This document shows, piece by piece, positions 43,336 through 53,248 of a stretch of 64,000 nucleotides of DNA; positions within the stretch are counted from its first letter, which is position 1, and each line of letters starts with the position of its first letter. Location of the stretch: the NCBI GenBank assembly GCA_963674755.2, contig CAXXVS010000003.1, positions 1 to 64,000 of the forward strand, given 5' to 3'. The stretch is from Desulfobacterales bacterium. Lineage in GTDB: Bacteria; Desulfobacterota; Desulfobacteria; Desulfobacterales; UBA5852. A program made the translations under genes and the position numbers. The notes beneath the pieces are model-generated. The model made no database searches. It was not told where the DNA came from and worked only from the letters and a program-made list of their open reading frames with translations.

Positions 43336-44433
43336 TCAGCTCATCACCATGTTGAACAGGTAGCCTACGATGAGGATGCCTGTGGCCACGACGGCGATGA
43401 AGACGCCGATCAGCCGGGGCTTGAGCACCTTGCGCAAAATCACCATTTCGGGCAGCGATAGCGCGATCACCGACATCATGAAAGCCAGGGTCGATCCCAG
43501 GGCGGCGCCTTTGCCGAGCAGGGCTTCCACCACCGGTATGATGCCGGCCGCGTTGGAATACATGGGCACCCCCAGAACCACCGCCAGGGGCACGGCCCAC
43601 CAGTCGCCCCGGCCCATGACCGAGGCCATGAATCCTTCCGGCACAAAGCCGTGGATGCCGGCGCCGATGGCAATGCCCAGGAGGATATACTTCCACACCC
43701 GGCCGATGATTTCCACCACCGCATCTTTGCCGTAGACCATTCGATCCCGCAGGGTCATGCGGGTTTCCACCGGAGCCTGGTCCGCGGCCGTCATCTGCTG
43801 CACCCAGTCTTCGACGTACCCTTCCAGATGCAGGCGCCCGATCACCCATCCGGCGACGATGGCGATGGCCAACCCGGTTGCGGCGTAAAGCGCCGCCACC
43901 TGCCAGCCCACCAGGCCGTAAAGCAGCCCCAGGGCGATTTCATTGACCATAGGGGCGGCGATTAGGAAAGAGAAGGTGACCCCCAGGGGAACGCCCGCCG
44001 TCACGAACCCGATGAACAGGGGCACGGCCGAGCAGGAGCAAAAGGGGGTCACGATGCCCAGCAGGGCCGCCAGCACGTTGCCCACCAGCAGGCTGCGACC
44101 AGCCAGTAGCGCCCGGGTGCGCTCGGGCGAAAAATAGCTGCGGATCACGCCCACGCCGAACACCACCAGTACCAGGAGCATCATGACCTTGGGCGTGTCA
44201 TAGAGCAAAAACTCAACCGATGCCCCCAGGTGTGAGCCCGGCGCGATGGGCAGCAGGCGATAGGTAAGGAATTTGGAAAATGCCGCCAGGTGCGTGTAGA
44301 CCAGCCACCACAGGGCAATGCCCAGCGGTGCGGCCGCGAGCATCATCCAGGCGGGCAAGGGTCGGCGGACGTCACTTCCCGCTGGCCCAGGCGCCTGGCA
44401 GTTGCAGGATATCTCATTCATTGATTTCAACAT
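43336..44433 (-). CDS. ArsP/DUF318-family permease
   Basis: TPFCSCSAVP, GVPMYSN, SLPEM. Confidence 0.9.
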   Translation of the reverse strand: MLKSMNEISCNCQAPGPAGSDVRRPLPAWMMLAAAPLGIALWWLVYTHLAAFSKFLTYRLLPIAPGSHLGASVEFLLYDTPKVMMLLVLVVFGVGVIRSYFSPERTRALLAGRSLLVGNVLAALLGIVTPFCSCSAVPLFIGFVTAGVPLGVTFSFLIAAPMVNEIALGLLYGLVGWQVAALYAATGLAIAIVAGWVIGRLHLEGYVEDWVQQMTAADQAPVETRMTLRDRMVYGKDAVVEIIGRVWKYILLGIAIGAGIHGFVPEGFMASVMGRGDWWAVPLAVVLGVPMYSNAAGIIPVVEALLGKGAALGSTLAFMMSVIALSLPEMVILRKVLKPRLIGVFIAVVATGILIVGYLFNMVMS

Positions 44434-44480
44434 ACCAAGACCTCTCTAGAACAACCGTACGACCGACCATCGGGACGGTA

Positions 44481-44711
44481 CTACTTCAACCAGCCGGCGA
44501 CCTCGTCCTTTTTGGGAATTTTGCCGGCGGACTTGACCACCCCGTCCACCAGAACCGCCGGTGTCGACACCACCCCGTGGGCGGCAATCTGCATCATGTC
44601 GGTGACCTTCTCAACGCGGGCGTCGGTACCGGTTTCCGCCACCACTTCCTTCACGACCTTGGCCGTCTTTTCGCACCGGGCACAGCCAGGTCCCAGAATT
44701 TGGATCTCCAT
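44481..44711 (-). CDS. Small redox-active disulfide protein (thioredoxin-like)
   Basis: ILGPGCARC, GVVSTPAVLVDG; RBS aggagg. Confidence 0.9.
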   Translation of the reverse strand: MEIQILGPGCARCEKTAKVVKEVVAETGTDARVEKVTDMMQIAAHGVVSTPAVLVDGVVKSAGKIPKKDEVAGWLK

Positions 44712-44817
44712 TCGGGTTCCTCCTTTTTGATGGGGCGACCTCCACCAACGAGTTCCAGCCTGCTTGGAACCGAATCAGACGTCGGTCGCCATATTGCCAA
44801 TTATCCATATAATGCGT

Positions 44818-45165
44818 CTATGAGCGACGGCATATGTCCTCACGGTTGACAAACGGAAGTTGCGCCACCGCACGGCGGATGTCCGGGTCGTCCTCCAGCC
44901 AGTGGCGCAAATTGCCCAGCAGACTGGCCACAAAGGGGCTGTTGCCGCCGTCGGAAGCGGCATAATTCACCCACAGGCCGTCCTTGCGGGACACCACAAG
45001 TCCGGCTTCTTCAAGTATCTTCAAGTGCTTGGAGACAGTGGGCTGGGCAAGCCCGAGGACGCCCTGGAGTTCGCAGACGCACATGGTGCGGTGCTGCAGC
45101 AATTTGACGATTTTGACCCGGTTGGCATCTGCCAGGGCCTTCATGACCTGGGTGAAGTTTTTCAT
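44818..45165 (-). CDS. ArsR/SmtB-family metal-sensing repressor
   Basis: KALADANR, MCVCEL, QPTVSKHLKIL. Confidence 0.92.
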   Translation of the reverse strand: MKNFTQVMKALADANRVKIVKLLQHRTMCVCELQGVLGLAQPTVSKHLKILEEAGLVVSRKDGLWVNYAASDGGNSPFVASLLGNLRHWLEDDPDIRRAVAQLPFVNREDICRRS

Positions 45166-45214
45166 CACTATATTCCTTTTTAGCAATATAGTGATGCCGT
45201 CAGGATATTGTCAA
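45163..45214 (-). promoter_or_regulatory. Promoter and operator of the ArsR module
   Basis: Perfect 12-bp IR catcactatatt-N10-aatatagtgatg (45163-45196); minus-strand TTGACA (45209-45214) and TATATT (45185-45190). Confidence 0.75.
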
Positions 45215-45384
45215 CCCTATTTTGGAAATTCAGGTTGCGAAAGGTTGACGGCTTCGTAAACAGTTTACGATCGAGGCTTGCGAATCTTGAGGAATACCGC
45301 TGTCGCTGGGGCCATAGGCCGCCTAACGCTGATCTTCAGTCCCCTTAGGGGAATCGGACTTTTTAAGAAACCCTCAAGGTTGCT

Positions 45385-46656
45385 TCAGGCCAGTTTCAGC
45401 AAACTCTCCCGGCTCACCATACCCCGGAAGCGGCCTTCGGCATCCACCACGGGCAGGCGCTTGAGCCGTTTGTCCACCATGAGCCGGATGGCCTCCTCGA
45501 TGCGGGTGCTCTCCCCCACGATAACCAGATCCGTTTTCATCACCTCGCCGGCCGTCTTCTCCCGCAGGGTCCTGCGCAGCTCCCGGCTGCATTCATGGGG
45601 AGTTTTGAAGTTCAGCCGGCAGCTGAGGTAATCCCAGAACCCCTGACCCTTGCCGCTAAAAGCGGCCAGCAGGTCCCGATCGGAGATCATCCCCAAGAAG
45701 CGCCCCTCCGGCCCCACCACCGCCACCCGCTGAATGTCGTCGGTGTCGATGATGCGGATCACCTCCTCCACCGGCGTTTCCGACCCCACGGTCTGGCTGT
45801 CCCGCCGCATGATGTCCGAGACGTAGCGCAGGTTCTCCACCTGAACGTCCCGCTGCCGGAAGGCCTCCCAGTCCGGGCCTTCCCGGGTGATGGTGCGGAA
45901 CACGTCCACCCGGGAGAGCATGCCGGTCAGCAGTCCGTTTTCATCCACCACCGGCAAACGTTTGACGTCCTTGCGCAGCATGAGGTCCACGGCCTCGGTC
46001 AGCCTTTGGTCCTCCGAGATGACCACGGCCGGCCGGGTCATGACCGCCTCGGCCTGCTTGCCGGTCAAGGCTTCCAAGGCGCTGTCCTTGTGGCCGGGTG
46101 CCGCCTCGGCCAGGAGGCCCAGGCGCAGGGGCAGGCCGGCCCGGTAGACCAAATCCCCCTGGGTGACGATGCCCAGGGGACGGCCGGCCCGGTCCACCAC
46201 CGGTACACTCGTGAAGGTGACGGTCAACAGCAGGCGGACCACCTCCTGCACCGGGGTTTCGGGTGTTATCCGCTGGGGGTCGGGAGTCATGATGTCCCGC
46301 ACCTTGATCTGCCGGGGGATGAGGTTCTGGCGGGTTTTGTAGGAGCGCACATCCAGCTCGCCCACCGCCACGACGCCGTCGGGCACGAGGTTCTCCAAGG
46401 CTTCCAGGACCGCCTCCGATTCGGCCACCGGCAGGACGATCTCGATCTTGAGCGGCATATTGTAGGAAATGGTCAGGAGGCTCTGGGAGGCGATCTCACC
46501 GCTTTCATAGCAGCCGGCCATGGCCCGGGTAACCACGCAGCGGGCCGCGATCTTGAGGCTCTTGACGTAGTCCACCACGGCCTCCAGCAGGGGCCGACCC
46601 TGGCTGCGGACTTCCTCCGCCGTATAGATGGTGATCAGGCGATAGTTCATGGCCAT
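45385..46656 (-). CDS. DUF190 (PII-like) domain fused to four CBS domains
   Basis: N-terminal ITIYTAE...ISYNMPLKIEIV then two CBS pairs; overlaps crcB. Confidence 0.85.
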   Translation of the reverse strand: MAMNYRLITIYTAEEVRSQGRPLLEAVVDYVKSLKIAARCVVTRAMAGCYESGEIASQSLLTISYNMPLKIEIVLPVAESEAVLEALENLVPDGVVAVGELDVRSYKTRQNLIPRQIKVRDIMTPDPQRITPETPVQEVVRLLLTVTFTSVPVVDRAGRPLGIVTQGDLVYRAGLPLRLGLLAEAAPGHKDSALEALTGKQAEAVMTRPAVVISEDQRLTEAVDLMLRKDVKRLPVVDENGLLTGMLSRVDVFRTITREGPDWEAFRQRDVQVENLRYVSDIMRRDSQTVGSETPVEEVIRIIDTDDIQRVAVVGPEGRFLGMISDRDLLAAFSGKGQGFWDYLSCRLNFKTPHECSRELRRTLREKTAGEVMKTDLVIVGESTRIEEAIRLMVDKRLKRLPVVDAEGRFRGMVSRESLLKLA

Positions 46657-47057
46657 GTCGCACCTCCTTTGAAGAGGATCTGGACCAGCCGGATGCCGGC
46701 CAGGACCAGACCGATACCGCCGACGTTGTGGGCCACAAAGGCCAGGACGGCCGCACCGAAACCGCCGCCGCGGATGGACTCCACCAGCTCCAGGGCATAG
46801 GTGGAAAAGGTGGTGAAAGCCCCGAGAAAGCCGGTCATGAAAAACAGCCGCACCGGCGGCGTCAGCAGGGGCAGCCGGTCCACCAGGGCGAAGGTGACGC
46901 CGATCACGAAGCAGCCGATCATGTTGGCCGCAAAGGTGCCCCAGTTCAGCCCGGTGCCGAGCAGGCGGATGGCCCCCAACGACACCAGGTAGCGCCCCGC
47001 CGCCCCCAGGCTGCCGCCTGCCATTACCAGCAGAATCTTGAAAAGAAATCCGGACAT
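46647..47057 (-). CDS. crcB: Fluoride channel CrcB/Fluc
   Basis: GGSLGAAGRY, WGTFAANMIG, TGFLGAFTTFST. Confidence 0.93.
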   Translation of the reverse strand: MSGFLFKILLVMAGGSLGAAGRYLVSLGAIRLLGTGLNWGTFAANMIGCFVIGVTFALVDRLPLLTPPVRLFFMTGFLGAFTTFSTYALELVESIRGGGFGAAVLAFVAHNVGGIGLVLAGIRLVQILFKGGATWP

Positions 47058-47512
47058 GCCGATCGATTCAACCTTTGGTCCGTCAGGGCGATGGGGCATC
47101 CGAAAAGGCACTGTTTTCCGGCGGCGCACCCTGAACTGAGTGTTTGAGCAGGATCGATTTCCCGCAAGCGATACAATCCTTATTGTTTTTGCATAGTCCA
47201 CATGACTTCTAATTTCAACGCATTAAAAACCTTCTGCTGATAGCAGCCCTCCGCCTGCGTACGCGGCATGAATTCTGCGACGCCTGAAAACTGCCGACAG
47301 ATCGGTGTTGCGTCTGTCCTTTCATAATGATTATAGGTTGGTCCGGCCCGATTAATGATTACCATTGGATGCAAGAATTGAAACAGGGCCACACGAAGAA
47401 GCCGCAAGGGGATCTGATCTATCACCAAATATCGTTGCAGGGCCTGCATGAAGCTGGCGGGGCTGGATAGCAGGCACCTAAATCGAAAAGGACCCACGGG
47501 GAACGCTCGGCG

Positions 47513-48103
47513 ATGCCGTCACACAGCATGCAGTTGCTTGATACTTTGCTGAAAACGATATCGAAGTTGTCTGAGACGCGGCTGAACTATTGGGCAGAGT
47601 TCGCTGTCGATATCCCGTTTGGTGCTATGCTAATCTTTGCAGGTCTGCGGGGTGGTGAACTCGGCCCCATCGCAATTGTTCTAACCATCCTGCTTGGCCT
47701 TGTTTTCTTCAGCATCATCGAATACGCATTTCACCGCTGGCTGTTTCACGGATCAGTGCCGATCGTGGCACAGGGTCACCGCGCGCATCACCAGAATCCG
47801 TTGGGCTACGATTCGTTACCCTTCTTCTTGCCGGCCGTGATGCTGCTGGCGCTCACAGGCGTGCTTGCATTGCTTCTACCCGCTAAGTACGCTTTTCTGC
47901 TGACGGGAACAATTACACTAAGTTACGTTATTTATGGACTGAGTCATTTCACCATCCACCACCATCATTTTCATTATGTCCTTGCTCGAAACTGGGCCGC
48001 CAATCATCACATCCATCACTACCACGCCGATACCAACTTCGGCGTTACAACCCCGCTGTGGGATATAGTGTTTGGCACACGCTATCGGAGAGCATCTCCG
48101 TAA
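47513..48103 (+). CDS. Sterol desaturase / fatty acid hydroxylase family protein
   Basis: His boxes HRWLFH, HRAHH, HFTIHH, HHIHH; NFGVTTPLWD. Confidence 0.88.
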   Translation: MPSHSMQLLDTLLKTISKLSETRLNYWAEFAVDIPFGAMLIFAGLRGGELGPIAIVLTILLGLVFFSIIEYAFHRWLFHGSVPIVAQGHRAHHQNPLGYDSLPFFLPAVMLLALTGVLALLLPAKYAFLLTGTITLSYVIYGLSHFTIHHHHFHYVLARNWAANHHIHHYHADTNFGVTTPLWDIVFGTRYRRASP

Positions 48104-48104
48104 G

Positions 48105-48518
48105 AATCTTGGGAGGCATAAAAACAGTGACCGCCTATTAGCGATCAGGTCAAGAAAAAATACTTCTCATGCGGGCGTGGGTCAGACCAAATGAAGTATT
48201 TGGGAAAACCAATGGTCAGGTCTTCATTCTCGGCATAATCAAACAGAATAAGAAGCATCGGTTTTGGCGAGCTTTTGTAAAAATTGCGGTAGCGAAGAGA
48301 AAATCATACCCCTCGTCGATTACCTGGTTGAGTTTGATCAGCCGACAACTCTAAACAATCGATTTACGTCATTGCGCACGCGTTATAGCAACAATTCATT
48401 CTTTTTAAACAGACTTGCGCGGGCCTACGATGCCGCAAGGCTTTTTATGACGCAGATCGAAGAGGAGATTGGAGCGTCTGTAGAAAGAATTGTTGCGTCT
48501 CGAGATGACAATTCCTAA
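48105..48518 (+). pseudogene. Possible decayed 3' gene remnant
   Basis: Frame of ORF 48264-48518 can be read upstream through two stops (TGA 48192, TAA 48249); AT-richer than flanks; no start or family recognised. Confidence 0.35.
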
Positions 48519-48691
48519 CATCTATCATCAAACGCCGGGAACAGACGCGTTCGCCCCGTAAATCCGGCCGGCGTGATCCTCGACCCCATGTGGGCCCGTC
48601 CGCTCGGTCGGATAGCACGGTAAATTGCATTAAAGCGCAATTTTCGCCTTCCGCCTTCGGCGGCTCATCCCGGCGTTCGTTCAGGTTGAGG
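48513..48691 (+). repeat. attC-like palindromic element
   Basis: tcctaac (contains the ORF stop) ... gttgagg, with inner IR aacgccggga/tcccggcgtt. Confidence 0.35.
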
Positions 48692-48867
48692 CAGAGGCGA
48701 TTTTAAAAAGTTCTCAAACAATTTTCTGCTTATTTATGACAACTTACCACTTCAAGCGACAGATTATTGCAAAGGATTAATCTACCTGCGAGAGGATTTA
48801 ACCTCGGTATTCAGCGGAGAGCGAGCGCCATGCGCCCGCTGCGACCAGTCGTCACAAAGTGCCGCCT

Positions 48868-49620
48868 CTATTCCCCCTCCTCGATGGACGTACTGCCCAG
48901 CACAACCCTCCTTTCCATGGCATTGATATTCGTCTGCAGTTCCAGGATCGCCAGGGGGTTTTCATCGGCCAAATAGGCGATGATGGTCCGGTGCAGGATG
49001 GGCGTGCCGTCCGGGATCTGGAGATAACGGGCCGCATAATGGTCGCAGAACCAGGGGCGGGTAATCTGCCGGATCTCCTTTAATTCAACATCCGCTGCGA
49101 CGGTCAGAAGCGGCGCCCGGCGCAGTTTGGAGGACGACACCTGCCGATAGCGCCAGAGGGGAACGAATAGATTTGCCAGGTCCTTGCGCCGCTCGTCTTC
49201 GCTGGAGATCAGCAGAAAATGGGATAGATAGATCCGGCCGTTCTTCAAAATCTCTTGCCGGGTGTCAAAATGGGCCATCACGCGGTTGGGCGGGTCGATG
49301 AATCCGTTCAATAGCATGCGAATTTTCCCGCGCATCAGGCGTTCTCGGATTTCCGTCATGGAAGGGGAAGGGACCCACAGCGCTTTCTGGGGACTTTCCC
49401 GCACGACCGTCCCCGTACGGGGCTTTTTCAAGACCAGCGCTTCCATCTCCAGGAGTTCGAGGGCCTTGCGGATCATGCCATGGCTGATGCCGGTCTGCTC
49501 CGCCAGTTCGTTCAGGGTCGGGATGGGGGATCCCGGGGGACGGTCGCCGGAAATGATCTCCTGCTTCAACTGAAGGTAGAACTGAAAATAAAGGGGGATA
49601 TTGCCTTTTTTAAATGCCAC
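48868..49620 (-). CDS. GntR-family regulator
   Basis: IPLYFQ...IPTLNELAEQTGISHGMIRKAL winged HTH; divergent UTRA-like C-terminus. Confidence 0.88.
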   Translation of the reverse strand: MAFKKGNIPLYFQFYLQLKQEIISGDRPPGSPIPTLNELAEQTGISHGMIRKALELLEMEALVLKKPRTGTVVRESPQKALWVPSPSMTEIRERLMRGKIRMLLNGFIDPPNRVMAHFDTRQEILKNGRIYLSHFLLISSEDERRKDLANLFVPLWRYRQVSSSKLRRAPLLTVAADVELKEIRQITRPWFCDHYAARYLQIPDGTPILHRTIIAYLADENPLAILELQTNINAMERRVVLGSTSIEEGE

Positions 49621-49696
49621 GGGAGCTTTTTTGTCCTCGCTGTCATTTTTGGAATTGACAAATTCGCCAAATTTTTACAATTAATGAGGATTAATG

Positions 49697-49718
49697 TGAT
49701 AATTTTATATCAAAATTA
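49697..49718. promoter_or_regulatory. Putative GntR operator
   Basis: Overlapping IRs TGATA-N6-TATCA (49697-49712) and TAATTTT-N5-AAAATTA (49700-49718) in the divergent intergenic region. Confidence 0.45.
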
Positions 49719-49732
49719 ATTCAAGAGCGTCA

Positions 49733-50788
49733 ATGAAAACCATGCAGGCCCTAGCGCTGACCCGGATCCCTAACGGGCTCGAACTGGTGGACATGCCGGT
49801 CCCGGAAATCGCCGAAAACGAATTTCTGGTGAAAATGCATGCCTGCTCCCTATGCTATACGGATGTCAAAGCCTGCCAGCACGGCAAACACTTTTACATC
49901 GAGCTTTACGGGCTGCCCTGGGTGCCGGGGCATGAAATGGCCGGTGAGATTGCCGCCGTGGGCCGCCGGGTCAAAGGGTTTTCCGTGGGTCAGCGGGTGG
50001 CCGTGGCCCCTTTCAATCCCTGCGGCACCTGTCCACCCTGCCAACGGCAAAGTTATCGGTTCTGCCACAAGGCACCCGACAGCTTTGTCCAGCCCGGGGG
50101 ATTTGCCGAATATTTCAAGGTTCCGGGAGAGGGTGCGCACCTGCGAACGATTGCCCTGCCCGATGCGGTCAGCTACGAAGAAGCGGCGCTTGCCGAGCCC
50201 GTGGCCTCCTGCCGGCACGCCATCCGCAAGGTCAAGATACCCGACGGGGCCGATGTGGCCGTCATCGGTGCCGGTCCCATGGGGTTGATCCTGATGCAGT
50301 TGGCCAAGGCCGAGGGCGCGGCCAGGGTCTTCATGGTGGATGTCGATGCGCAGCGGCTGGAGCAGGCCCTGGCCTTCGGGGCCGATGAGGTCATCGATGC
50401 CGCCACGGACAACGCCAATCAGGTGCTGCGCCTGAAGACCGGCTTTATGGGAGCGGATGTGGTGATCGAGGCCGTAGGCCGTGCCGAAACCTACCGCCTG
50501 GCGCTTGAAATGGCCCGGGGCGGTGGGGCGGTCAGTTTGTTCGGCGGCATGCCCGGCGGCTCCACGGTGGAAATTCCCTCCGAGCTGCTCCACTACCAGG
50601 AATTGACCATCACCGGCACCTCTTCTTTTTCACCGGAGGACTATCGGGAAGCGATGGCCCTGATCGCGGCCGGCCGCATCGACGTCAAACGGTTGATCAC
50701 GCATCGCTTCGGCAGCCTGGCCGGTGTGCCCGAAGCCGTGGCGCTGAGCCTCGAAAAGCAAGGCTTGAAGAAAGTCGTTCTCCTATGA
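49733..50788 (+). CDS. Zn-dependent polyol dehydrogenase (MDR family)
   Basis: LCYTD, GHEMAG, CGTCPPC...C, EPVAS, GAGPMG. Confidence 0.88.
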   Translation: MKTMQALALTRIPNGLELVDMPVPEIAENEFLVKMHACSLCYTDVKACQHGKHFYIELYGLPWVPGHEMAGEIAAVGRRVKGFSVGQRVAVAPFNPCGTCPPCQRQSYRFCHKAPDSFVQPGGFAEYFKVPGEGAHLRTIALPDAVSYEEAALAEPVASCRHAIRKVKIPDGADVAVIGAGPMGLILMQLAKAEGAARVFMVDVDAQRLEQALAFGADEVIDAATDNANQVLRLKTGFMGADVVIEAVGRAETYRLALEMARGGGAVSLFGGMPGGSTVEIPSELLHYQELTITGTSSFSPEDYREAMALIAAGRIDVKRLITHRFGSLAGVPEAVALSLEKQGLKKVVLL

Positions 50789-50846
50789 ACACGTTGGGTT
50801 TGAGGACTACAGGCCATATAGGAACACCCCCTGAGGAAGGCCATCG

Positions 50847-51677
50847 ATGAACCTGCAAGACCTGACACCCCTGGCGGAAGGACGCGTCTCCCACGTTTTT
50901 GTTACCCGGGACAACAAGGTGCTCAAGCTGCTGCACGCGACCGTTCCGGACTGGAAGGTGGAAGACGAGTTCCGGCGTTGCCGGATTGTCGCCGAGGCCG
51001 GCGTCCCGTCCCCTCGCGCGCTGGAACTGGTGGAAATCGACGGGCGGCGGGGCATCCTCTTCGAATGGGCCGGCAAACGCGACCTGATGAAGGCCAAGCT
51101 GGGGAATCCATTGAACCTGAGGTCCGGCGCCCATTTCATGTCGGATATCCATCGGGATTTTTTAAACCGCGAGGCCCCGGATCTGCCGGATATCAAAGAA
51201 GAGGCCTGGCGCATGGGCCAGACGCTTCCCGAAGGCACCCTCCGGCCGGAACAGTTGGCCGTCCTGCGACGCTATCTGGACCAATTGCCGGATGGCTGCA
51301 ATATCTGCCATATGGATTTCCATCCCGCCAATATCATGCTCAATGATGCGGGCTACCAGGTCATCGACTGGTCCGAAGCCGTCAAAGGAGCGCCGGAGGC
51401 CGATGTTGCCATGACCTCCTTGATGCTTTCCATGGCGGAAACCGCACCGGGCACCAGCCTGCTGCTCAAGGTGATCATCCCCGTCTTTCGAAAGGCCTTC
51501 GAAAAAAGCTACCGCCGGCACCTGACCGCTCAAATGGACATGACCGAGGAAGACCTTCGGAAATGGGCTCTGGTGACGGGTATTTTTCGCATGGCCATGT
51601 GGCAGCTCGAAGGGGAGCGACCGTTTTTAACCGCCATGATTCAGGACCATCTAAACCAATTTGAAAATCACGACTGA
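50847..51677 (+). CDS. APH/choline-kinase-fold phosphotransferase
   Basis: AEGRVSHV, VLKL, CHMDFHPANIM, VIDWSEA. Confidence 0.85.
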   Translation: MNLQDLTPLAEGRVSHVFVTRDNKVLKLLHATVPDWKVEDEFRRCRIVAEAGVPSPRALELVEIDGRRGILFEWAGKRDLMKAKLGNPLNLRSGAHFMSDIHRDFLNREAPDLPDIKEEAWRMGQTLPEGTLRPEQLAVLRRYLDQLPDGCNICHMDFHPANIMLNDAGYQVIDWSEAVKGAPEADVAMTSLMLSMAETAPGTSLLLKVIIPVFRKAFEKSYRRHLTAQMDMTEEDLRKWALVTGIFRMAMWQLEGERPFLTAMIQDHLNQFENHD

Positions 51678-51686
51678 ACGCACCTC

Positions 51687-52535
51687 ATGCTGGTCACCTT
51701 GTCCGACATCCTGGCACCGGCGCAAGCACGCCATTACGCCGTCATCGCCCCCGATTTTCTGACTACCGGCATGCTTGGCCATTATCTTGCCGCAGCCGAA
51801 AAATATCGGTGCCCCCTTATTGCCAGCTACCCGCCCCTGCCCATGGACCGGTTCCGACCCTTCGACCGATGGGTGGGCAAAGTGTGCGCCCTGTGCGATG
51901 CCGCACCGGTTCCGGTATGTCTGCACCTGGATCACGGCCGGGATGTGCCGACCTGCCTCAAGGCCATCCGGGCCGGTTTTACCAGTGTGATGATCGATGC
52001 CAGCGCCCATGATTTTCCTTTGAACCTGAATATGACCCGCCAGGTGGTGAAAGCGGCCCGCAAGGCCGGTGTCAGCGTGGAGGCCGAAATCGGCCATGTG
52101 GGGGGCCATGACGACACGCGGGACGGCAGAGCACGAGCCGATGACCTGACCGATCCGGACCAGGCGGCGGCCTTTGCCGCCCAATCGGGCGTGGATGCCC
52201 TGGCCGTTGCCATCGGTACCCTGCACGGGACCTATCGGGGAACGCCCCGCATCGACTTTGAACGCCTGTCCGCCATCCGGAAAGGCGTGGATGTTCCCCT
52301 GGTGCTCCATGGCGGATCGGGAACCGGAGCAGAGAATATCCGCCGTTGCATAGCCGGGGGCATTTGCAAGCTCAACGTGTTCACCGATCTCATCAAACCC
52401 TATTGGAAAGCCTCCGCATTAGGCTTCAATCCATTGTCAAAGGGCGGACCCGGCGATCATCGCCGCCGGATCGTGGACGACATTCTCAGCCTGTATTTTG
52501 AACTTTCGGGCAGTCTTGGCGTTGCGGCAGCCTGA
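51687..52535 (+). CDS. Class II fructose/tagatose-bisphosphate aldolase family
   Basis: LHLDHG, VMIDAS, EAEIGHVGG, GTLHG, LVLHGGSG. Confidence 0.9.
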   Translation: MLVTLSDILAPAQARHYAVIAPDFLTTGMLGHYLAAAEKYRCPLIASYPPLPMDRFRPFDRWVGKVCALCDAAPVPVCLHLDHGRDVPTCLKAIRAGFTSVMIDASAHDFPLNLNMTRQVVKAARKAGVSVEAEIGHVGGHDDTRDGRARADDLTDPDQAAAFAAQSGVDALAVAIGTLHGTYRGTPRIDFERLSAIRKGVDVPLVLHGGSGTGAENIRRCIAGGICKLNVFTDLIKPYWKASALGFNPLSKGGPGDHRRRIVDDILSLYFELSGSLGVAAA

Positions 52536-52566
52536 TGCCACGCCAAAAATCAAAAAGGAAATAACC

Positions 52567-53217
52567 ATGCTATTGGAAAAAGAGCGCACCCAGGTCGTTC
52601 AATACTGCCACAAGCTGGATGCCGGCGGACTGACCACCGGTACCGGCGGGAATATCAGCATCTTCAACGCCGAGGCCGGCCTGATGGCTATCAGCCCCAG
52701 CTCCATGGACTATGCGGTGATGGAACCCGAGGATGTGGTGGTCCAGGACCTCGATGCGCACATTGTGGACGGCATCCGGCGGCCCTCATCGGAATTCGGC
52801 ATGCACCTGATCTGCTACCAGAACCGGCCGGACATCGGCGCGGTGGTGCACACCCACTCCCCCAAGGCCACCACCCTGGCGGTGCTGGGCTGGGACCTTC
52901 CGGCCATTCATTACATGATCGCCGTCAGCGGTGGTGCCACCATTCCCTGCACGCCCTACTGCCTGTTCGGCACACCGGAACTGGCGGAAACCGCAATTAA
53001 GTATCTCGAAGGCCGCTACGCCTGCCTCCTGGGCAACCACGGCGCCCTGGCGACCGGTCCCAACATCGGCCACGCCTTCGCCCTGGCCGAACACATGGAA
53101 TTTTGCGCCGACCTCTACCTGCGGGCCAAAACGCTCGCTGAACCGAATGTCCTGAGCAATGAACAGATTGCCGACGTGATCGGAAAATTCATTGATTACA
53201 AGACCCAGGAAAAATAA
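52567..53217 (+). CDS. FucA-like class II aldolase
   Basis: GGNIS, PSSE, VHTHS, LLGNHG; RBS aagga. Confidence 0.9.
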   Translation: MLLEKERTQVVQYCHKLDAGGLTTGTGGNISIFNAEAGLMAISPSSMDYAVMEPEDVVVQDLDAHIVDGIRRPSSEFGMHLICYQNRPDIGAVVHTHSPKATTLAVLGWDLPAIHYMIAVSGGATIPCTPYCLFGTPELAETAIKYLEGRYACLLGNHGALATGPNIGHAFALAEHMEFCADLYLRAKTLAEPNVLSNEQIADVIGKFIDYKTQEK

Positions 53218-53248
53218 TGCCTTCCCCCTTATTCCGGGAAACCCGCCC

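Noticed and set aside
47058..47200. Fluoride riboswitch upstream of crcB (ggcgatgg seen near 47087)
   Set aside because: The motif is on the wrong strand and the rest of the consensus is absent
50847..51677. Aminoglycoside resistance gene
   Set aside because: Only fold-level motifs are shared; context is a metabolic cluster
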